Of a stretch of DNA of 64,000 nucleotides, positions 10,668 to 22,300 are shown piece after piece. The stretch's first letter is position 1, and the number at the start of each line of letters is the position of its first letter. The stretch lies in NCBI GenBank assembly GCA_903939735.1, contig CAJAIA010000006.1:27461-91460 (forward strand). The letters are read 5' to 3'. The position numbers and the translations under genes were made by a program. The notes beneath the pieces are model-generated. The model was not told the DNA's origin. It ran no database searches and was given only the letters and a program-made list of their open reading frames with translations. The DNA comes from an uncultured Ignavibacteria bacterium (GTDB lineage Bacteria; Bacteroidota; Ignavibacteria; Kapaibacteriales; Kapaibacteriaceae).

Positions 10668-12143
10668 ATGGAATCGGGCTACGAAGCCGTAATCGGACTT
10701 GAAGTTCACGCGCAGCTTACAACTGCGTCGAAGGCGTTTTGCTCCTGTCCAACGGACTTCGGAGCACAACCCAACGTGAACGTATGTCCAATCTGCCTTG
10801 GGCACCCTGGAACGCTTCCGGTGCTCAACAAGAATCTCGTGGCCTATGCCGTTCGAATGGGGCTTGCTACCAACAGTTCCATCCGTGAACGATCAACATT
10901 CTCACGCAAGAACTACTTCTATCCCGACCTTCCAAAGGGGTACCAGGTAACGCAGTACGCCGATCCCATCTGTTACGATGGTCGCGTTGAGATAGAAACG
11001 GACGACGGGGTAAAGCACATTGGTGTCACGCGGATTCACATGGAAGAGGATTCCGGCAAGAGCATTCACGACCTCGATGTTGACACGTTGGTCGATCTCA
11101 ACCGCGCCGGCGTACCACTCATCGAGATCGTAAGCGAACCCGACATTCGTACGCCGCACGAAGCCTACCAGTATCTCCAGCAGATTCGCCAGATCCTTGT
11201 GTACCTCGGTATCTGCGACGGCAACCTTGAAGAAGGTAGCCTTCGATGTGATGCCAACATCTCGGTACGTCCCATCGGACAAGAGAAGTTTGGTACCAAG
11301 CGCGAAGTCAAGAATCTCAACTCCTTCCGCAATGTCGAGAAGGCTATCGAGTATGAGATTCGCACCCAGATTGAAACAATCGAAGCCGGTGGTACGATCG
11401 TTCAGCAGACTCTGATGTGGGATGCGGGAGCACAGGCAACGAAGGTCATGCGCTCCAAAGAGCAAGCGCATGATTACCGCTATTTCCCAGAGCCAGATCT
11501 TGTCCCGGTGATCGTCGACCAGCAATGGATCGGTGAACTTACCGCGACGCTACCCGAGCTTGCGCTCGCGAAGAAGCGTCGTTTCGTCACGCAGTTTGGA
11601 CTTCCTGCATATGATGCCGGGATTCTTGTTGATCAAGCTGAAGTAGCCGCATTCTATGAAGACGTGTGCGCTCTTCTTGTATCGCCGACAACCGAAGGAT
11701 ACAAGCTTGTTTCAAATTGGATCATGACCGACATGTTGCGGCTCATGGGCGAGAAGAAGTGCAGCATCAACCAGGTTGACGTGACGCGTCAACAGCTTGC
11801 ATCGCTCGTGAACGTGCTTACAGCCGGTAGCATCTCCAGCAAGACAGCAAAGGAATTGTTCCCAGATATGATTGGCAGCGGTAAGCTTGCCGACGAGTTC
11901 ATCAGCGAGCGTGGGTTAACCCAACTCTCTGATGAAGGGGCAATTCGCACAATGGTTGATGACGTGATTCGCAACAACCCAGACAATTTGAGTAAGTACC
12001 TTGACGGCAAGAGCAACCTCTTCGGGTTCTTTGTCGGACAGGTTCTTAAGGCTTCAGGTGGGACAGCAAACCCATCGGTAGTTAGCAGCCTTATGAAAGA
12101 TGCGCTCGATTCTCTCCACACACCGACAAGTACGGAGGACTGA
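10668..12143 (+). CDS. gatB: Asp-tRNA(Asn)/Glu-tRNA(Gln) amidotransferase subunit B
   Basis: IGLEVHAQL, RKNYFYPDLPKGYQ, HMEED, LRCDANIS, EVKNLNSF, DYRYFPEPDL. Confidence 0.97.
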   Translation: MESGYEAVIGLEVHAQLTTASKAFCSCPTDFGAQPNVNVCPICLGHPGTLPVLNKNLVAYAVRMGLATNSSIRERSTFSRKNYFYPDLPKGYQVTQYADPICYDGRVEIETDDGVKHIGVTRIHMEEDSGKSIHDLDVDTLVDLNRAGVPLIEIVSEPDIRTPHEAYQYLQQIRQILVYLGICDGNLEEGSLRCDANISVRPIGQEKFGTKREVKNLNSFRNVEKAIEYEIRTQIETIEAGGTIVQQTLMWDAGAQATKVMRSKEQAHDYRYFPEPDLVPVIVDQQWIGELTATLPELALAKKRRFVTQFGLPAYDAGILVDQAEVAAFYEDVCALLVSPTTEGYKLVSNWIMTDMLRLMGEKKCSINQVDVTRQQLASLVNVLTAGSISSKTAKELFPDMIGSGKLADEFISERGLTQLSDEGAIRTMVDDVIRNNPDNLSKYLDGKSNLFGFFVGQVLKASGGTANPSVVSSLMKDALDSLHTPTSTED

Positions 12144-13078
12144 TGGCTATAACCCCAACGCGAGTCATTTGGAAGAACGGCAGTTTTGTTCCGTTCGAAA
12201 AGGCCAACATCCATGTGCTCTCGCACGTTGTGCACTATGGTTCATCGTGGTTCGAGGGAATCCGCTGTTACGACACAGCAGAAGGTCCGGCCGTCTTTCG
12301 GTTGGATGATCACATGCGTCGTCTGCACTACAGCATGAAGGTATACCGCACCCAACTCCCATTTAGCGTGGATGAGTTGTCGGAAGCCGCGGTAGATCTT
12401 GTGCGACGCAACAAACTCTCGCAATGCTATATCCGCCCCTTTGCACTGCGGGGATTTGGCGACATGGGCGTCTACGGACAGCGCTGTCCGGTCGAAGTCT
12501 ACATTGCCGCATGGGAATGGGGCACATATCTCGGAGATGGAGCAACTGACAACGGTGTTGACGTGTGCATCTCATCGTGGGACCGCATCACGCCGAATGC
12601 ATTGCCATCCATGGCCAAGGCCGGTGGCAACTACATGAACTCACAGCTTGTGAAGATGGAAGCCATTGAAAATGGATACGCTGAAGGTATCTGTTTGGAC
12701 TCCTACGGCAACATCTCTGAAGGATCAGGAGAGAATGTGTTCATCGTTGTTGACGACGAGCTCATCACTCCACCATCGGCATCGGCGATTCTCCCAGGAA
12801 TCACGCGTGACACCGTTATCACACTTGCGGAAGAACTTGGTATCACGGTTCGTGAACAAAACATTCCACGTGCGATGTTGTACACCTGTGATGAAATGTT
12901 CCTCACTGGTACAGCTGTTGAAATCAGCCCAGTGCGATCCGTTGATCGCATTGCAGTTGGTCGAGGCAAGGTGGGTCCGGTAACACGGGCTATCCAGCAG
13001 GCGTTTCAGAAGATCACTGTCGATGGTGAGGATCCGTACGGATGGCTCACACCAGTAAAGAAGACAAAAACGAAGTAA
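12143..13078 (+). CDS. ilvE: Branched-chain amino acid aminotransferase
   Basis: HYGSSWFEGIRCY, AKAGGNY (PLP Lys), EGSGENVF, ILPGITR, TGTAVE. Confidence 0.95.
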   Translation: MAITPTRVIWKNGSFVPFEKANIHVLSHVVHYGSSWFEGIRCYDTAEGPAVFRLDDHMRRLHYSMKVYRTQLPFSVDELSEAAVDLVRRNKLSQCYIRPFALRGFGDMGVYGQRCPVEVYIAAWEWGTYLGDGATDNGVDVCISSWDRITPNALPSMAKAGGNYMNSQLVKMEAIENGYAEGICLDSYGNISEGSGENVFIVVDDELITPPSASAILPGITRDTVITLAEELGITVREQNIPRAMLYTCDEMFLTGTAVEISPVRSVDRIAVGRGKVGPVTRAIQQAFQKITVDGEDPYGWLTPVKKTKTK

Positions 13079-13107
13079 TCACCCCGATCGATACACCGGA
13101 GTTTATC

Positions 13108-15255
13108 ATGGCCAAGGCCAAGAGCAAGCCGCAACCAGCATCGAAAGCAAAAGCGAACACGAAGACACCTGCGCCAGCACCAGTCAAGAGCGGTGCAGCT
13201 GCACAACAGCGCAAGGATCTCTTCTCTGTGAAGGGATTCGACAAAGCGACGCTGCGCGAGTGGTACCAGCTTCAACATCTCGGACGTCGATTGGACGAGA
13301 AAGCTGCTAACTATCTGAAGATGGCCAAGGGATGGTCGTATCATGCTCCGTTTGCCGGACATGATGGCATTCAGCTTGCACTGGGTAAGATCTTCCGTCC
13401 AGGCAAGGACTTCCTGTTCCCCTATTACCGTGACTTGCTCACCTCGCTCGCTGCTGGCTTGACGGTTGAGGAGATTATCGCGAACGGACTGTCCAAGGAT
13501 GCTGATGTGGCTGGCGGTGGTCGCCACATGAGTAATCACTTCGCCAAGCAATCACTCCGTCTGCAGAACTCATCGTCGTGCACGGGTAACCACTCGCAGC
13601 AAGCAGCTGGAACGGCGCGTTCGATCAAGAAGTACAAGGGCGACGAAGTGGTGTATTGCTCAACGGGCGACAGCACAACGTCGGAAGGCTACTACTATGA
13701 AGCCGTCAACGGCGCTGATCGTGAGAAGCTACCTCTGATCTTTGTGATCCAGAATAACAAGTACGGCATCTCTGTGCCGTTGCACGAGCAGACAACCAAT
13801 TCGACTGTGTCGGATAATTTCCGCGGCTTCTCGAATCTGAAGATCATTCAGTGCGACGGTCGCGACCCAATGGATTCCTACCGTGCACTTGAGGAAGCTC
13901 GCGCTTACGTTCTCTCAGGCAAAGGTCCAGCCATGGTCCATGCCGACTGTGATCGTATTGGATCGCACAGCAACTCGGACAATCACGAGCTCTATCGCAC
14001 CAAGGAAGAAATCGACGCAATGAAGGAGCGCGATCCGCTTCCACGCATGCGGGCAACCCTGGTGGCGAACGGCGTCGCAACCGACGAAGAACTCACCGCC
14101 ATGGAAGAGGCAAACAAGACAGCCATCTTTGCTGCAGCGGATGCTGTTGAGCCACTTCCCGACCCAGATCCTCAATCCTACAACGAATTCCTGCTTCCTG
14201 AGCCTGTTGTTGGATACGACGACACAAGCGAAGCTCGTTGGACACCATCGCCGGATGCCGAGCTCGTAACGTTCCGCGAAGGTATCGTCAACGTTCTCCA
14301 CGAGGAGTTCCGTCGTAACCCAAACACCTTCCTCTTTGGCCAAGATGTCGCATCAAAGAAGAAGCAAGGCATCTTTAATGTCTGCAAGGGCCTCCTGGAC
14401 GAGTTTGGTAACGACCGCGTCTGGAATGCCCCTATCGCAGAGGACTTCATCGTTGGAACAGCCAACGGCATGACGCGCTATCGTGACGACATCCGTGTGG
14501 TGGTTGAAGGGGCTGAGTTTGCAGACTACTTCTGGCCAGCAATGGAGCAGCTCATTGAGTGTACGCACGATTACTGGCGCACACGCGGACAATTCTCACC
14601 AGCTATGGTGATTCGTCTCGCATCCGGTGGCTACATCCAAGGTGGACTGTACCACTCGCAGAACCTCGAAGGAACGTTTACAACGCTCCCAGGTCTGCGC
14701 GTTGTATGCCCATCATTTGCTGACGATGCCGTCGGACTCATGCGGAACGCTATTCGCTCGCGTGGAACCACCATGTTCCTCGAGCCAAAGTTCCTCTATA
14801 ACTACCGTCCAACATCATCGGCAATGCCTCCGGAAGACTTCATCATTCCGTTCGGTAAGGCCAAGATTCGCCGTCCGGGCGACCACATCACCGTTGTCAC
14901 CTACGGAACACCAGTTCACTGGAGCCTCCAGGCCGCTGAGACACTTGCCGGTGAAGGTATCTCTGTGGAAGTCATCGACTTGCGTTCGCTCGCCCCTTGG
15001 GACAAAGAACTCGTCTTTGAACGGGTAAAGCGTACAGGACGCTGCGTTGTAGTGCACGAAGACAAGAAGACAGGTGGATTTGGTGGCGAAATCGCATCCA
15101 GCATCAGTGAAGAGCTCTTCCGCTACCTCGATGCTCCCGTGGCCCGCCTGGGTTCAAAGGATACACCGGTAGGATTTGCAAAGAATCTCGAAAAGGGAAT
15201 CCTGCTCAACGTGGACGATATCATCGCATCAATTCGTACCACATTGGCCTTCTAA
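13108..15255 (+). CDS. Fused E1 alpha+beta 2-oxoacid (probably branched-chain) dehydrogenase
   Basis: TPP motif GDSTTSEG...NNKYGIS, HSNSD; beta part PIAE, GGLYHSQ, FLEPK, DLRSL; GGAG precedes ATG 13108. Confidence 0.9.
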   Translation: MAKAKSKPQPASKAKANTKTPAPAPVKSGAAAQQRKDLFSVKGFDKATLREWYQLQHLGRRLDEKAANYLKMAKGWSYHAPFAGHDGIQLALGKIFRPGKDFLFPYYRDLLTSLAAGLTVEEIIANGLSKDADVAGGGRHMSNHFAKQSLRLQNSSSCTGNHSQQAAGTARSIKKYKGDEVVYCSTGDSTTSEGYYYEAVNGADREKLPLIFVIQNNKYGISVPLHEQTTNSTVSDNFRGFSNLKIIQCDGRDPMDSYRALEEARAYVLSGKGPAMVHADCDRIGSHSNSDNHELYRTKEEIDAMKERDPLPRMRATLVANGVATDEELTAMEEANKTAIFAAADAVEPLPDPDPQSYNEFLLPEPVVGYDDTSEARWTPSPDAELVTFREGIVNVLHEEFRRNPNTFLFGQDVASKKKQGIFNVCKGLLDEFGNDRVWNAPIAEDFIVGTANGMTRYRDDIRVVVEGAEFADYFWPAMEQLIECTHDYWRTRGQFSPAMVIRLASGGYIQGGLYHSQNLEGTFTTLPGLRVVCPSFADDAVGLMRNAIRSRGTTMFLEPKFLYNYRPTSSAMPPEDFIIPFGKAKIRRPGDHITVVTYGTPVHWSLQAAETLAGEGISVEVIDLRSLAPWDKELVFERVKRTGRCVVVHEDKKTGGFGGEIASSISEELFRYLDAPVARLGSKDTPVGFAKNLEKGILLNVDDIIASIRTTLAF

Positions 15256-15288
15256 CACCTATTGGTGTCAATCTCTCCTGACAGTGTG

Positions 15289-15352
15289 AAGGGGGAGGTT
15301 CCGCGTAAGCCCCTAACAAGGCAAAGCTTACGTCTGGAACCTCCCCCTTTTT
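15289..15352 (+). terminator. Long intrinsic terminator-like hairpin after the icmF-gatB-ilvE-E1 run
   Basis: AAGGGGGAGGTTCC (15289-15302) is the exact reverse complement of 15336-15349; inner stem CGTAAGC/GCTTACG; followed by T-run. Confidence 0.75.
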
Positions 15353-15510
15353 CCGTTTGGTGGGTACCGACCCGAAGGATATATTTGCAAGTCTGATTCA
15401 GTGGGCGAGGTATGCCTATGGCATTCCGTGCGCACCTAGTGAGTCGGATTCGTTCAATTCAAATGTGGTGTCACTACGACAACACATGTACGAGAGCTAC
15501 TGAGGAGTGC

Positions 15511-16233
15511 ATGAGCACAGAACCGTTGGAAACAGTACAGAGCACCCGTTCCGGGGCATCAGCATCTGAACCACAGATCGATGCCATCGTAGAGCGCGTG
15601 CGTTCACAAGCAAAGCCAGTGATTGCCGGAGTTGTGGTAATCGTTCTTGCGATTGTTGGATACTGGTGGTATTCAGCAAACCAAGCAGAGCGCAACGCTG
15701 AGGCATCGACACAACTGTCGCGTGTCCGTGGTGCCTTTGAAATGGGCGAATTCGGCAAGGCGCTTGTAGGCGGCGATTCACTGCCAACCTACGGAGCCGA
15801 CAAGGTGATGGGTCTGATTGACATCAGCGAACAATATGAAGGAACAGACGCCGGAGCGATAGCCGCCTTGATGGCTGGCAACGCACTGGCTAACCTGGGC
15901 CGAGTTGGTGAGGCTACGGTACACTTCGAGCGCGCACAGTCGTCTGGCGCTGAAGTGGTCAAAGTTGGTGCTATCAAAGGACTTGCGCTCGTGCAAGAAG
16001 ATGGCGGAAACTTCACCGAGGCCGCTGGACTGTATGAGAAGGCAGCTGTTCAAGGGGCTAAAACAGGCCTTGAGGACGATTGCTACTACAAGGCTGGTCT
16101 CTGTTATGAGAAAGCCAAGTCCAATGATAAAGCAGCAGAAATGTACCGTTTGGTTGTCAAAAAGTTCGAAATGTCGGAGTCTGCAGGCCCGGCCCGGATG
16201 GGTCTGGCAAGGCTTGGCATGGGAATTGATTAG
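15511..16233 (+). CDS. Membrane-anchored TPR protein (YfgM-like)
   Basis: GAGGAG before ATG 15511; one N-terminal TM helix followed by TPR-like helices. Confidence 0.75.
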   Translation: MSTEPLETVQSTRSGASASEPQIDAIVERVRSQAKPVIAGVVVIVLAIVGYWWYSANQAERNAEASTQLSRVRGAFEMGEFGKALVGGDSLPTYGADKVMGLIDISEQYEGTDAGAIAALMAGNALANLGRVGEATVHFERAQSSGAEVVKVGAIKGLALVQEDGGNFTEAAGLYEKAAVQGAKTGLEDDCYYKAGLCYEKAKSNDKAAEMYRLVVKKFEMSESAGPARMGLARLGMGID

Positions 16234-16322
16234 AGAACCTCGGCATTCTGTGCCCTTTTCCCATTTGAAGTAGTAAACAAGTGATTGAATTAAAGCTTAA
16301 GGTTTTTACAACTGGAGGTTGT

Positions 16323-19300
16323 ATGCAACGTTGGTTTCGTCTGAGCAGCTTGCTGCTTGTGCTAACCGCGGCATTTAATGTGGCTCTATCGCAGAGTTAC
16401 GTGGAGGTTCGTGGTAGTCTTCCTCCGGGATCGGTGCGCGTATTCGTACGTGACACCGTTTATCGTATCAGTGGAACGTACACAATTGGTGGTACGCTTC
16501 TGATCGAGCCCGGTTCACGTGTTGAGTTCATGCCGAACGGTCGGCTGATTGACTCAACTGGTGGTCGTATCATTGCTGATGGTCGTGCGTCTGCGACGTA
16601 CAATCCAACAGCAGTGAATCCGCTCGTTCCGCCATATGTCGGATATGATGATCCGTCATATTTCGGTGCACCTGGAGTCGTCTCATCGACGATTTCAACA
16701 GAGCCGACCATTCACCCGTCGAAGTATTCCACGATTTTCAACGTGGATCTCGGCTCGAACCCTAACCTTCAGGGCCTTACGCCTGCAAAGGCGATGGTCT
16801 ACAAGGCAGCTCGATTGGAGCTGGGCGGAGTGATTTCAGCAATCCGCCTCAATCCATGGTTCCGCCCGACAGGCGCTGCTATCAGCGTTCGTCCGGCTCG
16901 CATCACATTTGCAGCTGCAGGTGTGAATACGTTCTCACGCGAATGGGGTCACATCATCGTGCTTCCAGGTTCACGTGCAGCGTTCTTCCGCGATGTCGAC
17001 TTTGTTGGTTTCCGCAAGGACACAACAGTTGACAAGGAGCCAATCTATCTCGCGAACAACACAGGCTCGCTTCTTACGCGCGCTCAAGCTGAAGCTGCAA
17101 ACGACAACATTCTTCGTGCTTCGAACGGTGGTGGCGGTGCTATCACGACGTTCTCATCACGCACGTGGATTGTGGGCTGTAACTTCCGCAACAACATGGC
17201 TCGCTACCGTGGTGGCGCTCTCCAGGTTCTCCAAGCACCGGTTGATCAGTTCGCAGGCTCAACTCTGCAACTCTGGCCAACGGTAACTACGACACAACTG
17301 GATGCACTTCCTAAGTACCCAGCCACGGTCAACCCGTTCCTGACAAGCCCGCTCACTGCTGAGCCAATCGATCAAGCACTTCCGATCACGGACCGTGTCT
17401 ATGACGCTGCAGCAGAAACAATGACAGATAACGATCGTCAGTCGATTGACGACGCTCGTCTTGCTGTATACCTTGGTCGTATCCGCCAGATCCGTTTCAC
17501 AGGCAACACTGCTCGTGTTTCGGATGTTGACACGATCAATGTCGGTGGTATTCGTTTTGTTGGTGATGCTAATCGTGCTGCGACAGTGTTCGCAACGAAT
17601 TCGCGCTCACAGAAGAACGAAGCTGCCGGTGGCGCTGTATATATCAGCGGCCGCTCAAACATGACAATCGGTCTTGGTATCAATGACTTCCAAGGCAAGG
17701 ACACGGTTGAATTCAACAGCAACATTGCTGAAAACCGTCAGCCTTCGACATTGGTTGGAACGACACGCACATCGGGTGCACTCGGTGGTGCTGTATACGT
17801 TGGTGATGCAACGAGCGTAATCTTCGCTGGTCGCTATACAACGAACCGCACAGTCACACCGTTCATCACAGATGTAACGTCTGACCCAACAAACACGATT
17901 GGCAATTTCTCGCAGGGTGGAGCTATCTATGCTGCATCAACTGCTCGTCAAATCCAAGTTCGTGGCAACCTTGATAACAACCCACCAACACACTTCCTTG
18001 GTAACGAGGCAGCACGTGGTGGTGCTATCTATGTAGCGGCTGGCACAACAAATACAGACGTATCACCATGGATTGGTGGTTCGGACGGTATTATCAATGC
18101 TCGCAACTATGGTTTCAACATCAAGTTCCGTGACAACCGCGCTTCGGTGGACGGTGGTGCTGTATTCACAGCACGTAACATGTTCATGTACGGTGCTGGT
18201 GGTTCAAGTGGTCCCCTCTGGATCTACGGAACGAACTACGGTGTTGAATTCCAAAACAACGTAGCGAACTTCTCTGGTGGTGCTATCACAGTAGCAGTTC
18301 CACAAAACCTTCCAATCGCTCGTCGCGTTCTTCGCTTTGTTCGTGGTCACTTCCTCAACAACCGTGTTGGTGAAGTTGCAGACTCGCTCAAGTCGAATGT
18401 ACGTGGTGGTGGTGCTCTCTACTCGATCAACGCTGACCTCAACGTTGTTAAGGGTGTAGAATTCCGCGCTAACAAGGCATGGAATGGTAACGGTGGTGCT
18501 ATCGCAGTTGTCACACCAGACACACTCACACGCAAGCGCTTCATGGTCACAGACCTCGATGAAGTTCGCTTCGATGCAAACGGCGTTGCTACAGGTTATT
18601 CACCACGCAACGACGTCTTCACATTCCAGACATCAAGCCCACGTGCTGATGAGCGCATGCTCACACGTTTCTACGACAACGTAGCAAACGCAAACGCAGC
18701 ACGTCAAGGTAGCGGCACAACACAATCTGGTGATATCCGCGTAACACACCCAGGAACAACGCTCCGTGAGAACGGTACTGGTCTTGGTGGTGCTCTCTAT
18801 ATCCTCGACAGCATCCGTGTTCGTGTAGACACAGTGTCATTTGACCGTGTCCGCTTCCAGAACAACACTGCCTTCACTGGTGCAGCTGTTTACTCTGACA
18901 ACTACGATCTCAAGCTTGCTTTTGCTCGTACACTTGTCACTGGTAACAAGGCAACATCAGACGTTGGTCGTTCAAACGACACGATCCAAGGCCCACTTGT
19001 AAACAGCGAAAACGTTGCTTCAAGTGACCTTGCTGGTGCAGTTCTCTATGGTGAAGTAACGGGTCCACTTCCATGGTCGACATACAGCTTCGCAGCTAAC
19101 TCGATCTATGACAACAGCGCTCGCTTCATCATCCGTCTTCCAGACGCACAAGACACAAAGGGTGTTCTTGCTGGTACAACAGGTATTGGTTTCGGTGGTG
19201 TTGACACTCTCCGTGGCAACTACTGGGGCCGTACAGAAGCAAATGTTTCAACGATCCTTCCTGTATCGCCAAACGGTGGTGCACGTGTTCAAGAAACGTT

Positions 19301-22300
19301 CTTCATTGCTGGCAACGGCAAGACGCACATGCGCTTTGTACGTGAAGCAACAAGCAACGTAACAGATCAAGGTCCATTCGAATCGGCATGGCGCTATAAC
19401 TACAAGCCGATCCCAGCATGGACAATCCCAGATACGCTCCTTCTTTCAGGTCGTATCTATGACATCTTCGATAAGGGTACAGACATCAAGACGGCTGACT
19501 ACTCAAACCGTCGTATGTCACCAGTAGAAGACTTCGCAGTTGGTATCCCACCAGTTCTGAAGCTCTACACAGACGTAACAATGCCTTCGTACAACAAGTA
19601 CGTAAAGCGTTGGACACGTAATCCATTCGATGCAGAAGCGTTCACAGACATCGCAGCAGTTCAGACGGAATTTGTTGGTAACCATCCAATTGGATACCCA
19701 GTATTCCTCGAAGCTCGTGCTGACTACAGCGCAACTGCAGAAGTAAGCAACAACGATGCTCGTGCAATCAACGAGTCGGTCTTCTTCGTGATCAACGAGC
19801 GCACTGGTGACTTCATCCGTGTGAACTTTGCACAGAAGAATCTGACAGACACGATTTATCGTGCTCGTGTTGAACTTGTGCCAGACTCAACAAACGGTGG
19901 TGATCCAAACATCCGTCGCGCATACGAAGGCCTTGCAACGTATGGCACAGGTGCTACACTCCTTTCATTCCTTGCAGACAATCCTGTTGTTGAAGATTCT
20001 TCAGCTCTCCAGGGTCGCAAGTGGGAAGGTTCTTCAATCCTTGGTGAACTCGGTGGTGCAGGCTTCCGTCTTGCAAACCGCCCAACACTCCCAACATCAA
20101 ACGCTGTAGGCGGTGATGGTGGCAAGGAAACGTACTTTGGTGGTGAGCGCTTCCGCGCACTCCCAGTGCGTGAAGGTGACCAAGTCACAATCGTATCTCG
20201 TACAATGCTCTGGAAGGAAGGCGTTGTCAATGCTATCAACGGTGGTCTAACGTTCACTGTCGGTAACAACACAACACCTCCTGTCTTCACTGGTGCAGCT
20301 GATACACTCGGCACATCACCACTGATTCACCCAGAAATGCGCAACCGCGTGTTTGTGACAGAGAATCGTCTCTATACTCCGATCACAGCAGCACAATCAC
20401 CACGTGGTGGCGGTCGCAGCTGGTTCAACGAGCCATCAAGCTACCCAGCTGATGCATCGGGCAACCCGATCACATCAATGGATGGCTATGAGCGCGACTC
20501 GATCTTCACGATCACTGCAGTTGATGTAAACAAGTTCTACGACCCACGTGTTGTAAACGATCCAAACTTCAACGCTCAGCTTTCGTACTTCTGGAACATC
20601 ACAACTGGTAACTCTGCTCTTCGCTACTGGCTGCGCGATACACTCGTGTATGCTTCAAGCGCGAACAACCCACGTTGGGGTGCAACTGGCTACCGCATGC
20701 TTCGCGGTCGTCCAATCAACCCGTACATCGTTCCAGGTGGTGAAGAAGTAGAAGTTGCTACAAAGAACTTCCCGCCAACACACGAGATGATCGATACGCT
20801 TCGCAAGTGGAACTTCGACGAAGCATTCATTTCGCGCTGGCACTACATCTACCCATCGTACTTCCACGCTCAGCAGTACGACAACAATGCTATTGCTCTT
20901 GATCAGCGTAATCCGTCAAACACGAACGCCCGTTTCCTCCAGCAGGACACAGTGAACTTCGGTTGGTTGGATTCGTCATCATACCGCTTCCGCATTCACG
21001 TTGTTGATTCGATGCCACGCTTCCTCTGGAACTACAACGCTACAGGCGGACAGGCAACGACATACCAGAACATGTTGAAGGGTGACCTTACAATTGTTCT
21101 CGATCCAACAACAACAGATGCTGGTTCGTACGACAAGGCAACTGGTACATACCTCGATACACTTCGAATGACAAACACAACGTCACGTGTTGGTCGCCGT
21201 CTCACACAGCCAAACGCTGTATTGAACGAAGTGTACAATGCACCAAACGCTCCTCAGCCTGATGATTTGAACGTTCAGTTCGTAGCTAACCTTACAGACT
21301 CGCTCCGTTTCCGTCTTGACGTGAACACAGATGATGAGTTTGAAGATCTTGCAGCTATCGACACGAACCGTGCAGTTGTGAAGAAGTATGGTGTATGGGA
21401 CTTCCGCTACGGTAAGACATCGTACGGCTTCCTTTCTACATCAATCCGCCAGACACCAGATGATGTGTCTGTAGAGGACATTGTTCAAGCTCGTCCAAGC
21501 TGGATGGCTACGCAGTTCATGCGTCGCTATGAGAATGCTGGTCAGGTTGACCAATTCGGTGAAGACTTCACAACACGTGGCCGTATCGAAATCCGTATCG
21601 GTGCAGCACAAGCGCGTCAACTTCTCCAGCCAGTAAACGATCTGGATCCAGGTCGTCCAATCAACGGTGATATGAATACTGATACAGTCACGACAATCGT
21701 TGTAAACGATGGTCACGGTGGTATCAACTCTATCACACGCCGTCTCTTCGTGAACGTTGTACCAACGCTCATGGAACAAGCTGCTCTTGATTCAATTGCT
21801 ATCGAAGACATCGACTACAACGTTGATCTTCTCGATTCAGCACGCCGCATCAAGGTAACTGATCCAAACTTCGGTCAAGCGCACACATGGGAACTCGTCT
21901 ATGCAGACGATACTCGTGATTCAGTTCCAGTAGATCCTTACTTCACAGAAGCGGGTCAACTTGTTCTCGATGCTACGCGCAAGACAACTCCAGCATGGTT
22001 GAAGATCAACCCAACAAGTGGCTTGCTCTATGGCACACCACGTGTTACAGACCTTCCATATGCTGACACAACAGTTCGCGTGACAGTTATCGTAACTGAT
22101 GCTGGTGGTCTCAAGGCAATGCGTACATACGACCTCCGTGTCGAAGCACGTAACCACGACCCACGTCTTCTTTCTTCGCCGATTGTCAAGTGCGTTGAGC
22201 AAGGTCGTCCATACTCGGACACAATCCGTGTAACAGACATTGATCTTCGCCGCAAGCAAGCTGACAACGAGCAGCTGACATTTGAAGTAATTGAGCCTTC

